Positions 34,556-47,699 of a stretch of 60,000 bases of DNA are shown here, in pieces. A program made the position numbers and the translations under genes. The notes below the pieces were generated by a model. That model saw nothing but the letters and a program-made list of their open reading frames with translations, ran no database searches and had not been told where the DNA came from. Within the stretch, counting starts at the first letter, position 1. Each line of letters starts with the position of its first letter. This DNA is from Camelus dromedarius (taxonomy: Eukaryota): NCBI RefSeq assembly GCF_036321535.1, contig NC_087447.1:45076001-45136000 (forward strand), given 5' to 3'.

Positions 34556-37500
34556 TCAGGGACTTGGTGGACACAGGGTCATGGGAGCAGGACAGTTCCA
34601 AGGGTTGAAATATGGATAAGCATTCTGAGAAAAGCCACATTTATAGAACTTGTAGATGAGTGACCCATGGTTTGTGACATTGAAAAATGAGACAGTGCCT
34701 GCTTCATAGTCTAGGAAAACCCCAACACGACGGGGAGGAACCGCCACGGAAAGAGTCAAGACTTTGAGATCAGAGGTGGAAGAGTCCTCAAAGGCTTTGT
34801 ACTTAAATTTATCCTTCAACCCTATAACCCAGTAGCCAAATTGAGGTCTGTATATGGAGTAAACATTTTGATGATCTGTGCCTCGTCCAGCAGCAAACTT
34901 TACACTACGGGAACGTGTTCTACAGTATACCCCCAGGATCCAGGCAGCCTTCTTGGATACATCTATTTCCCAGTAGTGTTTCCCTGAGGAGAAATACTGT
35001 GAGCCCAAGATACCACAATTGTAATACTTCACCGGCCATATGGGCATAGCTATCACTTGTCTCTGATCTTCTGAAAGGACAAGATTCAGATTTAGGTTGA
35101 ATGGATTCAGTGTGATGTCCACTGCAGAGAAAAAAAAATATGAAAGCATGCCACAAATATAGAGGAAATTTATCCAGTAACATTGTGAAAAGGGAACTTG
35201 GGAAGTGACTAGGCAGAACTTGTGTTGATAGATTGGGGAAAGGAGTTAAAACATTGGAGTGATGTACTGCACAAATATATCATCCGGAGAAGTGAGCACA
35301 CTGGGCTATGATCATAAGATCTAATTGAAACCACAAACTTCTAAAAGGGAATCAGAATACAGTGATTTGAAGACCCAGTAAATCTTCTTACCCCAGTAGC
35401 ACTGGACATGTGTTAGCTCTGAAATGATAAAAGATTCAATGATGTTATTTGACACAAGTGATTAAGCACTGATAACGGTTTCTTCTCTAGAGCAGGCACA
35501 GGGGAGGGGACTATTGTGAAACTAAGAACTGGTGAATGAGTGGATAAACCAGGTATCTAGCCATTCTTCCTCAGCTATAACCACATCTTCTTCAGCAAAA
35601 TCCCTTCTCTGAACACCCTCCTTCTTTGTACTCACTTGGAAATATTCCAGGTCCCAAATTTAGTCCCTGGCACCACAAGAATCCCACATGCACACTCCTG
35701 CCCTGACTTCCTCACCTCTAAACACGTGAAGCATTTCACTCAGATCTGGAGCACGGAATGTCCTCTTCAGTTTCTTGGAAACAGTTTTTGGCTTCTTCAG
35801 TGTCCAGATCTCACTCCTAGGGATGACAAAAATGTTGACCTTACATCTCTTAACTTGCCTCCTTTCAATACCACTGCCTTCCTCTCCTTCCATACCGCTG
35901 ATGCACTTAAACCTTCTTCCCTGAGAAGACTGAGGAGGGGAGAAGTGAGGGCTCTGACACAAGACAGAAGAAACGTGCTCATGTCCACCTGCCCACTTAG
36001 GAAGATCTTCACCTCAAAGAAACAGTGTCTTCTTCTAGAAATGGAATAATTAACCCTTCCCTTGATACCTCATGGAAGTAGTATGAAATTCGATGAAATA
36101 ATACACAGGAAATGACTTTGCAACCTCTACAAAAGGTATGTAATATGTGGAAAATCATCAGATCACAATGGGTCTCCCAGGAAGGGACCATAGATCTGGG
36201 TTCCCAGGGAGATCAGTAGGGAGTCTATTTTTGGAGAGCCTATGTACCTGTGCCCTAGTGGAAAGCCTTAATTCCAGAGCTGTGGCCCATAAACAACATT
36301 TAAGTTTTCAGGTGTTCTGGGAAAAAGTTAAAAACTTCTGGCAAAGGAGATGTTATCATTACCAAACTAAAATGGTTAGAATTTCATGTGTTTGTAAAGA
36401 ATTTGGTGCTGCTAGGTGGACTGGCAAACTTTAGATACAAGGATTACACTTTCCCAAATAAACTTCTCAAGTGTGAATAGGAAGAGATTAATTATTGGCA
36501 TCAAGGTCAAAACCACTAACCCCAAGGCTCAGGTCTGCTTTTAGAAATCTAAAGAGAAACTTGTAGAATGACCTTGTCCTTCTCTATTCCCATTTATGCA
36601 AAATAAATATTTAAAAAGATGCTCCCATGACATAGTGTGATAAGACAAGTATCTGTGAAATACAGAAATCAGAGCAAGGACAGAGGGCGAATTGAATGAG
36701 TGAAGCCACAGGAGTCTGATAGTGAAATCCTTTATCCCCTAATCCTTACAGCCCTAAACCTGTAAATTCCAACCACCAGATTTACTAATACAGAATCTGG
36801 TCCACATTCTCACTAAACAGGGAATACTTGAATCCTCGTCTATGACTAGCAATTTAACATAATACTACATCAAAACCTCCTTGTTTGGGGAAATTTTTCA
36901 TTGTGATTGACCACCAGATAACTGTCATGGCTTCAAAACTTTCTTCATACCATAAAAGCGCCACTCACCACTTCCGGTCACCCATACGCACCATTTCATG
37001 ATTCCACTCATGTCCTAGGAAGGAGAGAGAAAATCTGAGTCAAGGAGAATGAATAGTACAGAAGGATTAATGAAAGCAAGAATAGAGAAACATTAGAAAA
37101 AATCAGGGAAGTCAAAAGTAAATTATTTGAAAATATCAACACAATTGGCAATCCTTTAGCTAGATATTCCAAGAAAAAAGAGAAGACAGATTACTAAAAT
37201 AAGGAGTGAAAGAAGAGATATTACTACTGACTCAACAGAAATTAAAAGGTTATAAAAGCTATGAATGATTGTACACCAACAAATTAAATAACCTAGATTA
37301 AATGGACAAGTTCCCAGAAACACAGAAACCATGAATACTGATTCAGGACGAAGAAATAGAAAAAATCTGAATAGATCTAAAGCATGTAGAGTTTGGACTG
37401 GAAATCAAAAACTTCCTCCAAGAAAAGTCCAGGCCAGGCCAAGATGGCTCCACTGGTGAATTCTGCTAAGAGTTTAAAGAAAAAATAACACAAATACTTC

Positions 37501-40408
37501 ACAAATTCTTCCAGAAATTGAAAGAGGAGGAAACACTTCCCAACTCATTCCATGAGGCCAAAATTATTTTGATGTTAAAACCAGACAAAGATATCACAAG
37601 AAAAGTAAACTACAGGCCAATAATCCTTATGAATACAGACACAAACTTTTTCAACAAAACACTAGAAAATTTAATCCAGGAAAACATAAAAGATTATATA
37701 CCATGGTCAAGTCAGATTTATCCCAGAAATGCCAGGTTGGTTTAATATGAGAAAAGCAATCAATTGAATGCATCATATTAATAAAACAAAAGACAAAAAG
37801 CCACATGATGATTTCAATAGACACAGAAAAAAGTATTTAACAAATACAGCACCCTAAACAAAACAAGAATAAAAATAACAAACTAGGAATAGAAGGGAGC
37901 TTTCTTAGTCTGATAAAGGCATCTGTGAAAATCTCACAGTTAACATCGTACTTAGTGGTAAAAAGCTGAGTGCATTTTCTCTAAGATGAGGAGCAAGACA
38001 AAAATGTCTGCTCTCACTACTTCTATTCAACATGGTGCTAGAGGTTCTAGTCAAAGGAATTAGGCAAAGAAAAAAATAAAAACCATCTATACTGAAAAAG
38101 AAGAAGTTAAACTGGACAAATTTCCAACACTAGGGAAAAGATAATAGGGATCTAAAGAACATTACTGGCCACCATGACTCTTCTCTTTAAGGTCAAATGT
38201 ATTCCGTTGCTTCATGAAAGAATAAGAATGAGACACTTCCCTGGAATGCTTACATTCAGTCATCCCATGAGCTTGAGAACGGACGGCAAAGGAGGCTCTC
38301 TACGAGGCCAAAGAAACCTCTTAGTGTCAGCAACAGGATTAGAGCCCCAGGACACAGAGGAGAAGGTAACTTTCACTGTGTTTTAAGAATTTCGGGTGGG
38401 CGACCCTCCTGACCTGCAGCAGCTCCACTGCTGACCACTCGCTGCGACGCTCCAGGTCCGAGACGAGCTCCTTCAGCAGCCGGCTCTGCTGGGCCAGCTC
38501 AGCCTCAGCCGCAGCCAACTTATCCAGTGTCTTCTGTCCCTCTTCCTCCAGTTTTTGCAGTTCTCTCTGCTCCTCACCGTCCAGGATGCTTCTAAGTCGA
38601 TTAAATTCTGTTCGTATCCTTTGTCTCTCAGTCTGTGTCTGATGCTGCAAGGTTGGACAAGACAGAGCAGTGATGAATCTGCCAGCCTGAGAGCCTACAC
38701 TATGCAACAGAGTAGGAGCCAGAAAAATAAGTATTTCTTCAGAGACTTCTAACCAGGAGGGGAGTGAAAGCAGGTGAGCAATCTTTGGGAAAGCCGTTGT
38801 TGTTTTTTTGCTTGTTTGTTTTCCCTATATTTTTCCCTTTAGTACAAACCCAAAATCACTTATCTAGGCCAACTCTGGGACAAAAATTGTAAAACCTGAG
38901 TGAGGTTTAGGTTGTAGACAGCTGTCCTGGACACTCATGCCTCCCTGTGTTACCATATTCCCAAGGTTGAACCTTGAGAAGAATCTCGGTCCTTTGTTCA
39001 TTGCCCTCTCCTGGAGGTGTCAGAGCCTCATTGGAAAAGAGGAATGGAAGACAGAACTGTCCAGATTTCTTCACCATAGAGTCTGTCTTTATGCTCAATT
39101 CCAAATATCTGTGTGTGTACTTGTAACATATCAGGTCTCCAGCCCCGACTCCCAACAGGGACAGGACAAAGGAGAGACCTAATAAAATGGCCTCTGGACT
39201 CATTCAGTGCCAGGCAACAAGAGGAAGGGGCTTCCTCGTGATTCAGACAGAAGGTCATGTCAAGATTCCTATCTCAGAAATCCCTTAGAAAGAGTCTTTT
39301 CCCACCTTCCAGGAAGTTCTCTCTTCTCTGATGTCAGCTTCCAACTTCTCAGCTTCCTGCTGCTCCTTCCTCAGCCTCTTCAGAGCTGCCTGGAGCATCT
39401 CCTATGGGAGAGGAATCACACCAGCATCAAGCTATGGGCTTTCTCAGCAACTGGACAGAGAATAAACAGGAAAGAAACCACACTGATCTCAGAAGAGATC
39501 AGTTTACAGAAACTGATTCCAATCTGATGGTTAGAATCTATGACATGGGGGAAAATCTGAGGAGGTAAATGTATTCTTTATTGCTGAGTGTTGGAAGTCA
39601 CTACCCCCTCACTAAGCGTATTATCACGAGTTGCTCTTTCCTTATGGGAAGTATTGACTCTGCTGCAGCAAGGAAAGTCCTTTTCTTTTATTGACACTTT
39701 TCATGTCCAGTCCACAATGTTCAGCAGCATCCTTTCTGCTGGAAGGAGCAATTAGGGCCAACCTGGTGAAGGAATTTCCCATCCGTACAAGAAAAGGGGA
39801 AAAAGGGAAAGAAATCTCTCACTCCTAGCCAAGAATCTTGACTCTAGGCTTCTCTTTTATGGAACTGGAAGATGAGCATAAGGTAAGAAATATGCAGAAG
39901 ATTACAGGGCTCAGTACTATGGTGCCAAGGTGAGTAAATGGAAAGATGAGATTTTCCAACAAGTACTAGCTTCCATCCTGCGCCCTACCTGACATTCCTT
40001 GACTGCCTCCTCCGTGAGGAATATGTGGTGACCATGGTGCTTCTGAGACTGTTCACAAAGCCGACAAATGACCTTCTTATCCTCCTTACAGAAGAGTAGG
40101 AGTTCCTCCTCATGTTGCACACAGAGATCTTTCTTCTGCCCCTCCTCTGGGCTCAACTTGACCTCTCTGAGTCTCCCCACAATCTTGGCCACATGCTGAT
40201 TAAGCCAGAGGTTTCCAGGGGAGTACCTGATACCACACACAGGACAGCTGCTTTCCCCTCCAGGGCTGGTGTCTGCCTCCTTGTTGTCAGTGATGCAGGT
40301 TTGGCAGAAGGTGTGGCCACAGCCTAGACTTAGGGGTTCTGTAAAAAGCTCCAGGCAGATGGGACAGGTCACCTCCTCCTGTAAATTCACCAGCATTTTT
40401 AAAGCCAT
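34556..40408 (-). CDS. TRIM34: TRIM34, intact, 487 aa, 7 coding exons
   Basis: Exons 40408-39989 (420), 39401-39306 (96), 38644-38414 (231), 37014-36992 (23), 35816-35716 (101), 35418-35392 (27), 35121-34556 (566); total 1464 nt, open, GT-AG. TRIM34-type motifs [68 protein letters not shown]; lies downstream of TRIM6. Confidence 0.93.
37050..38115 (+). mobile_element. LINE-1 ORF2 (RT-region) fragment in TRIM34 intron
   Basis: [39 protein letters not shown] matches ORF2. Confidence 0.88.
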
Positions 40409-41264
40409 AGCAGCTGCTCTCTCTGGCTTCTTCCCGTCAGAATTCCTGAGATTCTTCTTGCTTAAAGATTCCTGGATGGATGGGCAGATTGAAAAGAGAT
40501 GTATAAGAATGGCACAGATAAAAAAAAAAAAAAAAAAAAGTTTTAACTGTGTAGACTTTAAAGACTGGTTAAGACTGAAATATTGAAGAACAAAAAAAGA
40601 AGACAGAAAAAAAACAGAAATGGATGGGACGAACCCGCTTCAACACGCCCCTGATCACGCCCCCAAGTCGCCATTCGGTCCTGCTCTCCGGACTAGGACC
40701 TGGGGCTTTAACACATTTGGAAAACAGGGGCTTCTTTCACCTGCTTTTCTTCTGATGACGTGGAGGTGGGAAGAAGAGAAGGAACGTTCTGTTCATCTCT
40801 TTGAGAGAGAGAAAGGAGAGAGAAAGAGAGGCGGAGGGTGGGTGCCACTGGTTCCAGTTTCTCTCAGCAACGTCGACAATCAAGGCCACAGAGCAGGGAG
40901 GAGATGGGGGCGGACTTGAGAGTCAGCCTGGAGAAATAAAGGCTTCTTCAGGAAGGGAAACAAGGCCCTCTGCCTCTTCCACACTCCCTTCTTTCAAGGA
41001 GTGAAAAACTCAGGGCGCCCTCATCCAAACTCGGGGCTGTCATCTGTCTGCACTCGGAGCCAGAAGTCTGCAAAGCTGACTTGTCTGCCCTTCAGAGCAA
41101 GTCTGGGCCACAAAAGACACCCACCTAACTCCACCTAGTCCTGTCGTTCCAGAGTGTCCCACCCTGTGCGCCCCCATGAGCCTCCTCACACACCTTCAGG
41201 CCACAGAGAAGTCTTGACTCCTGGTTCAAGTGGTGAAGAAAGGCCAGTGCCCGGCAAGCTCAGA

Positions 41265-41365
41265 ATGTACTCACCAAACGGGGCTCAGTCTACACGAAGC
41301 AGTTCCTCCCCGGGGAGGAGCTGGATAAGAAGTGAAAGTAAAATTCTTGGGGCTGGCGGGAAGAG
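41265..41365 (-). promoter_or_regulatory. TRIM34 putative exon 1/promoter with IRF element
   Basis: Donor TTG|GTGAGT at 41275; AAGTGAAAGTAAAA at 41330-41343; exon 2 acceptor at 40471. Confidence 0.6.
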
Positions 41366-41443
41366 GACAGGGGAAGGAGAACTGGGCCACATGGGCTGCA
41401 GTCCCCTAGGGCCACTGGAGAGAAGAAAGTAATACTTTAACCC

Positions 41444-41630
41444 CGTGGTTCTCAAGGGCGGGGCGGGAGTGGGGGAGGTGGGCTGAGAAAAATTTAGTTG
41501 CGGGGGATGCTACTGCCATCTAGTGGGCAGAGATCAGAGCTACTGCTAACGCTTCTACAAGGTGCAGGGCCGCTCCCACAACAAAGTATCCTGTCCAAGA
41601 TGCCCGTAGTGCTGAGGCTGAGAGGCTCTG
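41444..41630. mobile_element. MER20-like hAT DNA transposon just upstream of TRIM34 exon 1
   Basis: gtggttctcaa ... gatgctactgccatctagtgggcagag ... gctgaggctgagaggctctg. Confidence 0.7.
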
Positions 41631-42623
41631 TTTTGACCCTCTCTGTTTCCTAGGCCAGCCAGGTAGGCATCGAGCATCTCCTACCACTTTCACGGTGGTG
41701 CACAGGCCCTCAGTCAGTCTACCAGCTGGAATCATCCCTTCCTGTCCAATTTCCCACTTGCCCCCACCAAACCCTGCGCCGCCACCACCATGAGATGGGA
41801 GTTGAGTGGAGGAGGGATGGACGGTACTGAGAAGAGCTGACTACAAAGGACCTGGGGGACTTTTTGGAGTGTCGGAAGTTTTCTAAATCTTGATTATGGA
41901 GTAGTTACACGGGTGTAAAACTTGGTCAAAACTCATCATACTTTACACTCTAAAAGGGTGCATGTTATTGCCTGTAACATGTACCTCAATAAAATTAATT
42001 ATCAAAGAAAATTAGAGGTTCTCCAGATGATTCTTATGTGAAGCTGAGGTTGAGGACCACTGACGTTAAGGGGTGAATTGGACCCTTTGGGCTCTGGAGA
42101 GGAAGGGCTGCTTTGAAACTGGGGTAACCTTGAAACCACACCGGATGGGGAATAACCGTGAACCTGTCAGATGTCACCACCGTTTTTGGGCCCAGGATAA
42201 TTCCAGCACTGTGTGTCTCCATGGAGAGTATGCTCTGTTTTCATGAGGAAAATAAATTGATGGATTAATTTTCTGTGCTATATTCATCAGGGAAGTCCTG
42301 GTCTCCTATGCTCCTGTAGAACATGTTAGTTACATAAGAAAGGGTGCCACTTTTGGAAACCATTTTTCAAGGTTCAGTTATCCCATCTGCCCTCTTCCAT
42401 CATCTGACTCATGCTTGGGGACCAAGGACAAGTCTCAAGCAGAAAAACAATTTTAAAAATGATTAAAGTTTTAACAACTTTCTCATAAAAATATCTGTAC
42501 CAATTATATTTGGACATTTCCTGTGGCCACTTCTAAGGAGTCAGTTGTCACTTTTCTATTTAGGTTTTTCCTCTTTAGTTCAATATTGGTAATTTATGTC
42601 ACTCAGATAGTAAACCATTAAAG

Positions 42624-42660
42624 GCGTTGGTGGTTTAGTGGTGAGCATAGCTGCCTTCCA
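42624..42660 (+). pseudogene. Tailless retroposed 5' half of tRNA-Gly(TCC)
   Basis: gcgttggtggtttagtggtgagcatagctgccttcca matches tRNA-Gly-TCC nt 1-37; flanked by direct repeat cagatagtaaaccatta (42604-42620 and 42659-42675). Confidence 0.88.
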
Positions 42661-43689
42661 GATAGTAAACCATTAGACAGATTTGTTAATCATTACTTTG
42701 TGTGTGCATATTATCTTAGTCTTGTCTGTCAGTTCTGTATGTGTGACATCCAATTTTTTTATCACTAATTTTGTTTCCATGTTTTATTCCCCCTTCTATT
42801 TTCTTTTATCTCATTTCTTTATGGGGTTGCAACTCTGCTATGACTTTGCCACATTTCTGTTATTTTCTTAGCAACCATCTACTAACATATAAGATGTTAA
42901 AAGGAGAAAAAAATGCCACTTTTGGAAACTAATCTTCAGGTATCAGGATTTCCTCTGGTGTACCACTCTAAGCTGAGCTGTGCTTTGGGGAGATAGAAAT
43001 GGCCTGGATGGAAGATTAAATGAGTTTGGTGCATCCAGAAGCTGCATATAATTCCATGGGATTTTACTTGGAGCTCTAGGTAAACAGATGAGAGGTCACA
43101 AGAGGTGGGCAAATATCACGATGTCCAGACTCAGGCAGAGAGGAATTACCTGGAGGATGATGACAAGCACCAGGAGACACCAGTGCAGGAGTTCAATGTC
43201 AGCTTTCCCAGATTCCTCTGGCTTTACTCCCGTCATTTCCCGACAGTGTCCACACTCTCCGAGAGCAGGGTCCAGCAAGGCTGTGCTGTCTATGAGCCTC
43301 TACTTCACAAATGACTCAGAAGCCTGGACCTCCACAAGTATCACCATGCATGAGGCTCTATGCACATGGAAGATAACTGTGTACATTTTTAAATGTTTAT
43401 CTTATTAGGAAACTCTCTGGTTGTTTTTTGAATGTTAGACTTTTTTATTTTTCACAGAATTACTTCACAGAGATTCTAAAACTTATTAGCATAGAACTAA
43501 TGTATATTGTGTAAGTATATGTGTATAACTAATTATATAATGTGTAATATTTTAAAAATATTTTAATTATCTTTAATGAACTACTTTTCCTTCACAGTTT
43601 CACTCACTGTTTGTGCAACATTTGCCTTGTTTTTTGGTGTGTGTAAAATCATCACACCTTCTACTGAAGTTTATTTTTATGTTTCTATA

Positions 43690-44740
43690 TGCTATCGTAT
43701 TCTTTCTAAGAGCCAATCCACCCATAGGAGAGAGGACCGCAGTTTGGAGACAGTAAGAGGCTGGGATAGCTCCCCAAACTGAGATTGTGGCCCCAGCTTA
43801 AAGGAGGACCACATGGGGCTGCAGTGGCCTCCACCTGTGACACCATGGAGTGGTAGTTTGGGAGCGAATAACTCAGATGGGAAGGGGCCGGAGGATACTG
43901 TTGGTAGGGCCAACTGTTGCCAGAACTCGACCTCCTTATCCCTCTTACTGAATTGAGATTCGAGGACAGAGTTTTGGATGAAGTAGAAAAGGCAGACAAA
44001 GGAGGTCACAGTGAGCTAATGCCTCCAAGACTGTGAGCCTGACGGGAAGATAAAGCAGGGGGTTTTATAGTAAAAGTTCAAGAGTTCAAGGGGCAGAGCT
44101 AGTTTCCGTAAGGATTGTATACAGGGTAATAAATTGTTGCAAAGGTTGTTCTCATTTTTGTAGACGTAGTGGTCCCCTTCCCTCTGCTGGGTGTGAAATT
44201 CACCTCCAGGGACTCTCTTAATATTCTTGTACTTAGGGCAAAGGATACATAGGAAGAAGGTCTGTGGAAAAGTGCTCTAGAGAAAAACTTGTGCAGTTGA
44301 AAGTCAGGTTGATAAACACTTCCAGCATTTTAGGCCTGAGACTTCTTGCTGCAGGCTGGAACCTACACTTCCAGCAACAGAATACAGAGAAAGCACAAGG
44401 GGCTAAAAATAGCTGCAGACATGTTAGGGCAAGTTTATGAACAACAAGATGCACAAAACACCCACCTGCCTTTTCTGAGGTGTAGGGAGCAAAACGCAGG
44501 CACTGCCCATGATCTCCACATGCAACACCACCAGTGGGTTGGGCAGACCACCCAAGCCCTTCTCCTCTTCAGTCTAACCCTGGTCAGCAAGATCATGAGA
44601 AAAGCCATTCAAACTATTGTACAATTAAGCAGTTACAAATGCCATATGGTCACCAGTAGTAATAGGGTCCTGCTCGCTTATATAGCCAGCGCAGCACGGT
44701 GTAGACTTTCAGAACTCCAGCCCACCAGTCAGTGAAGGAG
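43690..44740. mobile_element. Probable ERV/LTR-derived segments
   Basis: LTR-like sequence character (e.g. from tgttgccagaactcg at ~43915); boundaries and family uncertain. Confidence 0.4.
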
Positions 44741-46280
44741 ACCCTTTGAACACTTTGTACTCTGGAGGTCCAAATGGCACACTTACCTAAAGAGGAAAAT
44801 CTGAGATCTTCGAAATGAGTGAGGGCCACGGATGCCAACTGTATTTTTAGATTGTTTATAAAACATTCAACAGCAAAGATACAGTCATATCCCACAATAA
44901 ATGTAAATACTCTAAACTTGTATGAGTTTGTTAAAGATTACTAAGTGGCATGAAAGAATGTCTGGTAGAAAGATAATTAATGTTCATTAATGTACTATGA
45001 GGTGCCCCCCCTCCCAATTTGAGGACAATATGAGCTCTGTTATTAGGTCTCCAATATTTCCAAGAGTAACAAACTATTTATTATATAGTATCTTACCTGT
45101 AGGATCTCAGTTGAAAAGCAATCCATTCAAAAAAAACTGTTCCTCTCTTCTCACTTGAGGGAGAAAAGATGAGAATCACCTAAACTGGAAAGGTGCATAG
45201 CTTGGGAGAGGCACTGTGGAGGTGGGACAGTGGGGGGTGCTGAAATGCGAAAAACAAACGAACAACGAAAACCGGATCTGGGATCGGAGTCAGGGTCAAG
45301 TGACTGCCAAACATCGTCCTTAGGCCGAACAGATCACAAAAATCTTTTACAAATGAGTGCAAATCCTATGTCTATTTCAATGAAAGTCTCAGCTTCCCAG
45401 AGTTGAGAGACTTCTGAGCACCACAGGATGCCTTGAGATTCCCCTGAGCCCACCCAAACTTTCCACTATGGATATCACATCCCTAATTATGACCCAGCAC
45501 AGTCCTAAGCCCCCAGGAATACAAGATGGCATCATTGCCTTTTAGAGATGATGGAAAGGAACCTTGCAATGAAATACTGTATAGACATGGTAATTGATTA
45601 TATAAATTTATATATTGGAAACAAACAAGGTCAAGAATGTACTGTGAGAAAAAGTTAGTTACACGCCATATATGTAGTGTTATACATGTGGTATGGTTCA
45701 TGCTTATATATGTATCATATGATAATAGTTTCCAGGTAGATACAGCAATACAGATGTAAGTGGACGTAGATATGCAAGCACATAGATATAAATGTACAGC
45801 TCTAGAAAATACATTTTTAATGATAAAACTGCTGAGGTCTGTAAGTTTATGGGTTCATGAGTTCCATTTCATGTTGTCTTTTTTCTAATGTTTCCTCAAA
45901 GAAATACAGATTTTTAATCAAATAAGTATTAAAAAAGAAAGAGTTGTGGTTAGAGAAATTATCACAAAGGAGACGAGATGAGAATTGTTATGAAAAGGGA
46001 AATAAGAGTTTTCCACAAGTTGATGGAGGTTATCTCAAGACAGGGCAGAAGTGCACGCAGAGCATGGATGGCACAGCCTGGGAGGTGAGCAGTATAGGGA
46101 AGGAGGAGTGGGAGGCACAAACTATCGGGTGTAAAATAGCCTCAAGTATGTATGGTACAAATGGGGAATATAGCCAGTATTTTCCATAACTGTAAATGGA
46201 TAATAACCTTTAAAAATTACATAACATAAAAAAACCAAAAAAGTTTCGTGGTCTTAAAAAGAGCTTCTTGAGGCTAGAAA

Positions 46281-46296
46281 TGGCGCCCTCTGCTGA
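46281..46296 (-). promoter_or_regulatory. CTCF-like motif
   Basis: Reverse complement TCAGCAGAGGGCGCCA fits the CTCF core consensus. Confidence 0.5.
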
Positions 46297-46763
46297 CAAG
46301 ATTATGAAGCCTGTGAGTTGCTTCTAATTTTTTTCTGTTTTCAGGAAAAGACCAGAAAAGCAATCAGAATTCAAAATTAAAATTCCAGTGGGTACCAAGC
46401 TGGATTTTCACCACCAACGAATCAATTATAGGACTAAAACAAAATTCCAGGCCAGAGCACTGCTCTTACTTCATCTAATTCTAAAGGTCATGCTAGTGTC
46501 ATTTACAACTTCTAAAAATCAACCCACAGTGTTCCAGCGTCTTTGCAGGAGGTAGCTTGCTCACTTGAATATGGCACTGCTCTCTCAGGTGGCTTTGACA
46601 ATGGAAAAGTAAGTCCTGTGACTTCTCTAGTGAACTTGCTCCAGAGAAAGAACACACTGAGCTATTTCCCAGTGTTTCAGCTGTGACCCTTCCCACCCAC
46701 CACTTCTGCAAGATCTCTTCACAGATAGCTAGAGATTTTGAATACTCACATTTCATACTACAG

Positions 46764-47699
46764 TTATTTCTGCTTTATAAACAGCATGTGAGCCACCTGC
46801 TCTCGGATTTCTTTGGTCTTGATCCCGTAAATGATGGGATTCAGCATAGGTGGAGCCAGAATGCAGACATTAGCCAACAAGATGTGGATATGAGGTGGAA
46901 CATGGCGTCCAAACCTCTGAGTAAAGGTTGTGAAGATTGCAGGCCCATAAAACAGGATAATGATGCAGACGTGGGAGCCACAAGTGTTGAGAGCCTTCTG
47001 ACGCGCATCTTGGGATGGGATGTGAAAGACAGCATGGAGAATCAGCACGTAGGAAACAAAAATTAGCGTAACATCTAAAACCACTGTGAACATTAGGATA
47101 GAAAACACAAATACCAGATGTTCACTCGAATGTCATTACATTTGGCCAATATGCTCACAAAAGGTGTGTGGAATAATATTATTCTGGCAGAAAGTCAATC
47201 TTTTCAAAATAAATACTATGGGGAAAATTGTGCCATAGCTTCTCAGAAAGATAGTCACACCAGCTTTTCCAATCAGTGCGTGTGTAAGAATAGTGGTGTA
47301 TCTCAGTGGGTAGCATATGGCAATGTAGCGGTCAAATGCCATCACCAGCAAGATCCCTGACTCAGAGATGAAGGTGGAATGGATGAAGAAAAGCTGAGTG
47401 ATGCAGCGATCCAGGGAGATCTCCCCAGCACGGAACCAGAAGATGGCCAAGGCCTGAGGTACTGTGCACGTGGAGAGGACAAGGTCTGCTCCGGCCAGCA
47501 TGCAGAGGAGGAGGTACATGGGCTCGTGGAGGCTGCGCTTCGTGAGGATAATGCTGATGAGCAGACTGTTTCCAAATAGGGTAGAGACATAGGAAATGAA
47601 GAATAGGATGGAAATCCACATGTGCTGATCCTCAAGGCCGGGGATGCCCAGCAAACAGAAGACTGTGTGGCTAACACCAGTGTGGTTTAAGGTAGTCAT
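46764..47699 (-). pseudogene. OR52B4: Class I olfactory receptor, OR52B4-like, pseudogene
   Basis: [66 protein letters not shown]; indels in extracellular loop 2 give in-frame TAA TGA at ~47133-47138. Confidence 0.85.

Noticed and set aside
13690..38115. One ancestral L1 shared by the equivalent introns of TRIM5 and TRIM34
   Set aside because: Same intron and orientation, but different ORF2 segments and offsets; orthology cannot be shown by eye.
43088..43408. Overlapping ORFs that might be a processed pseudogene
   Set aside because: No recognisable parent gene, poly-A tail or TSD; a BLAST search would be needed.
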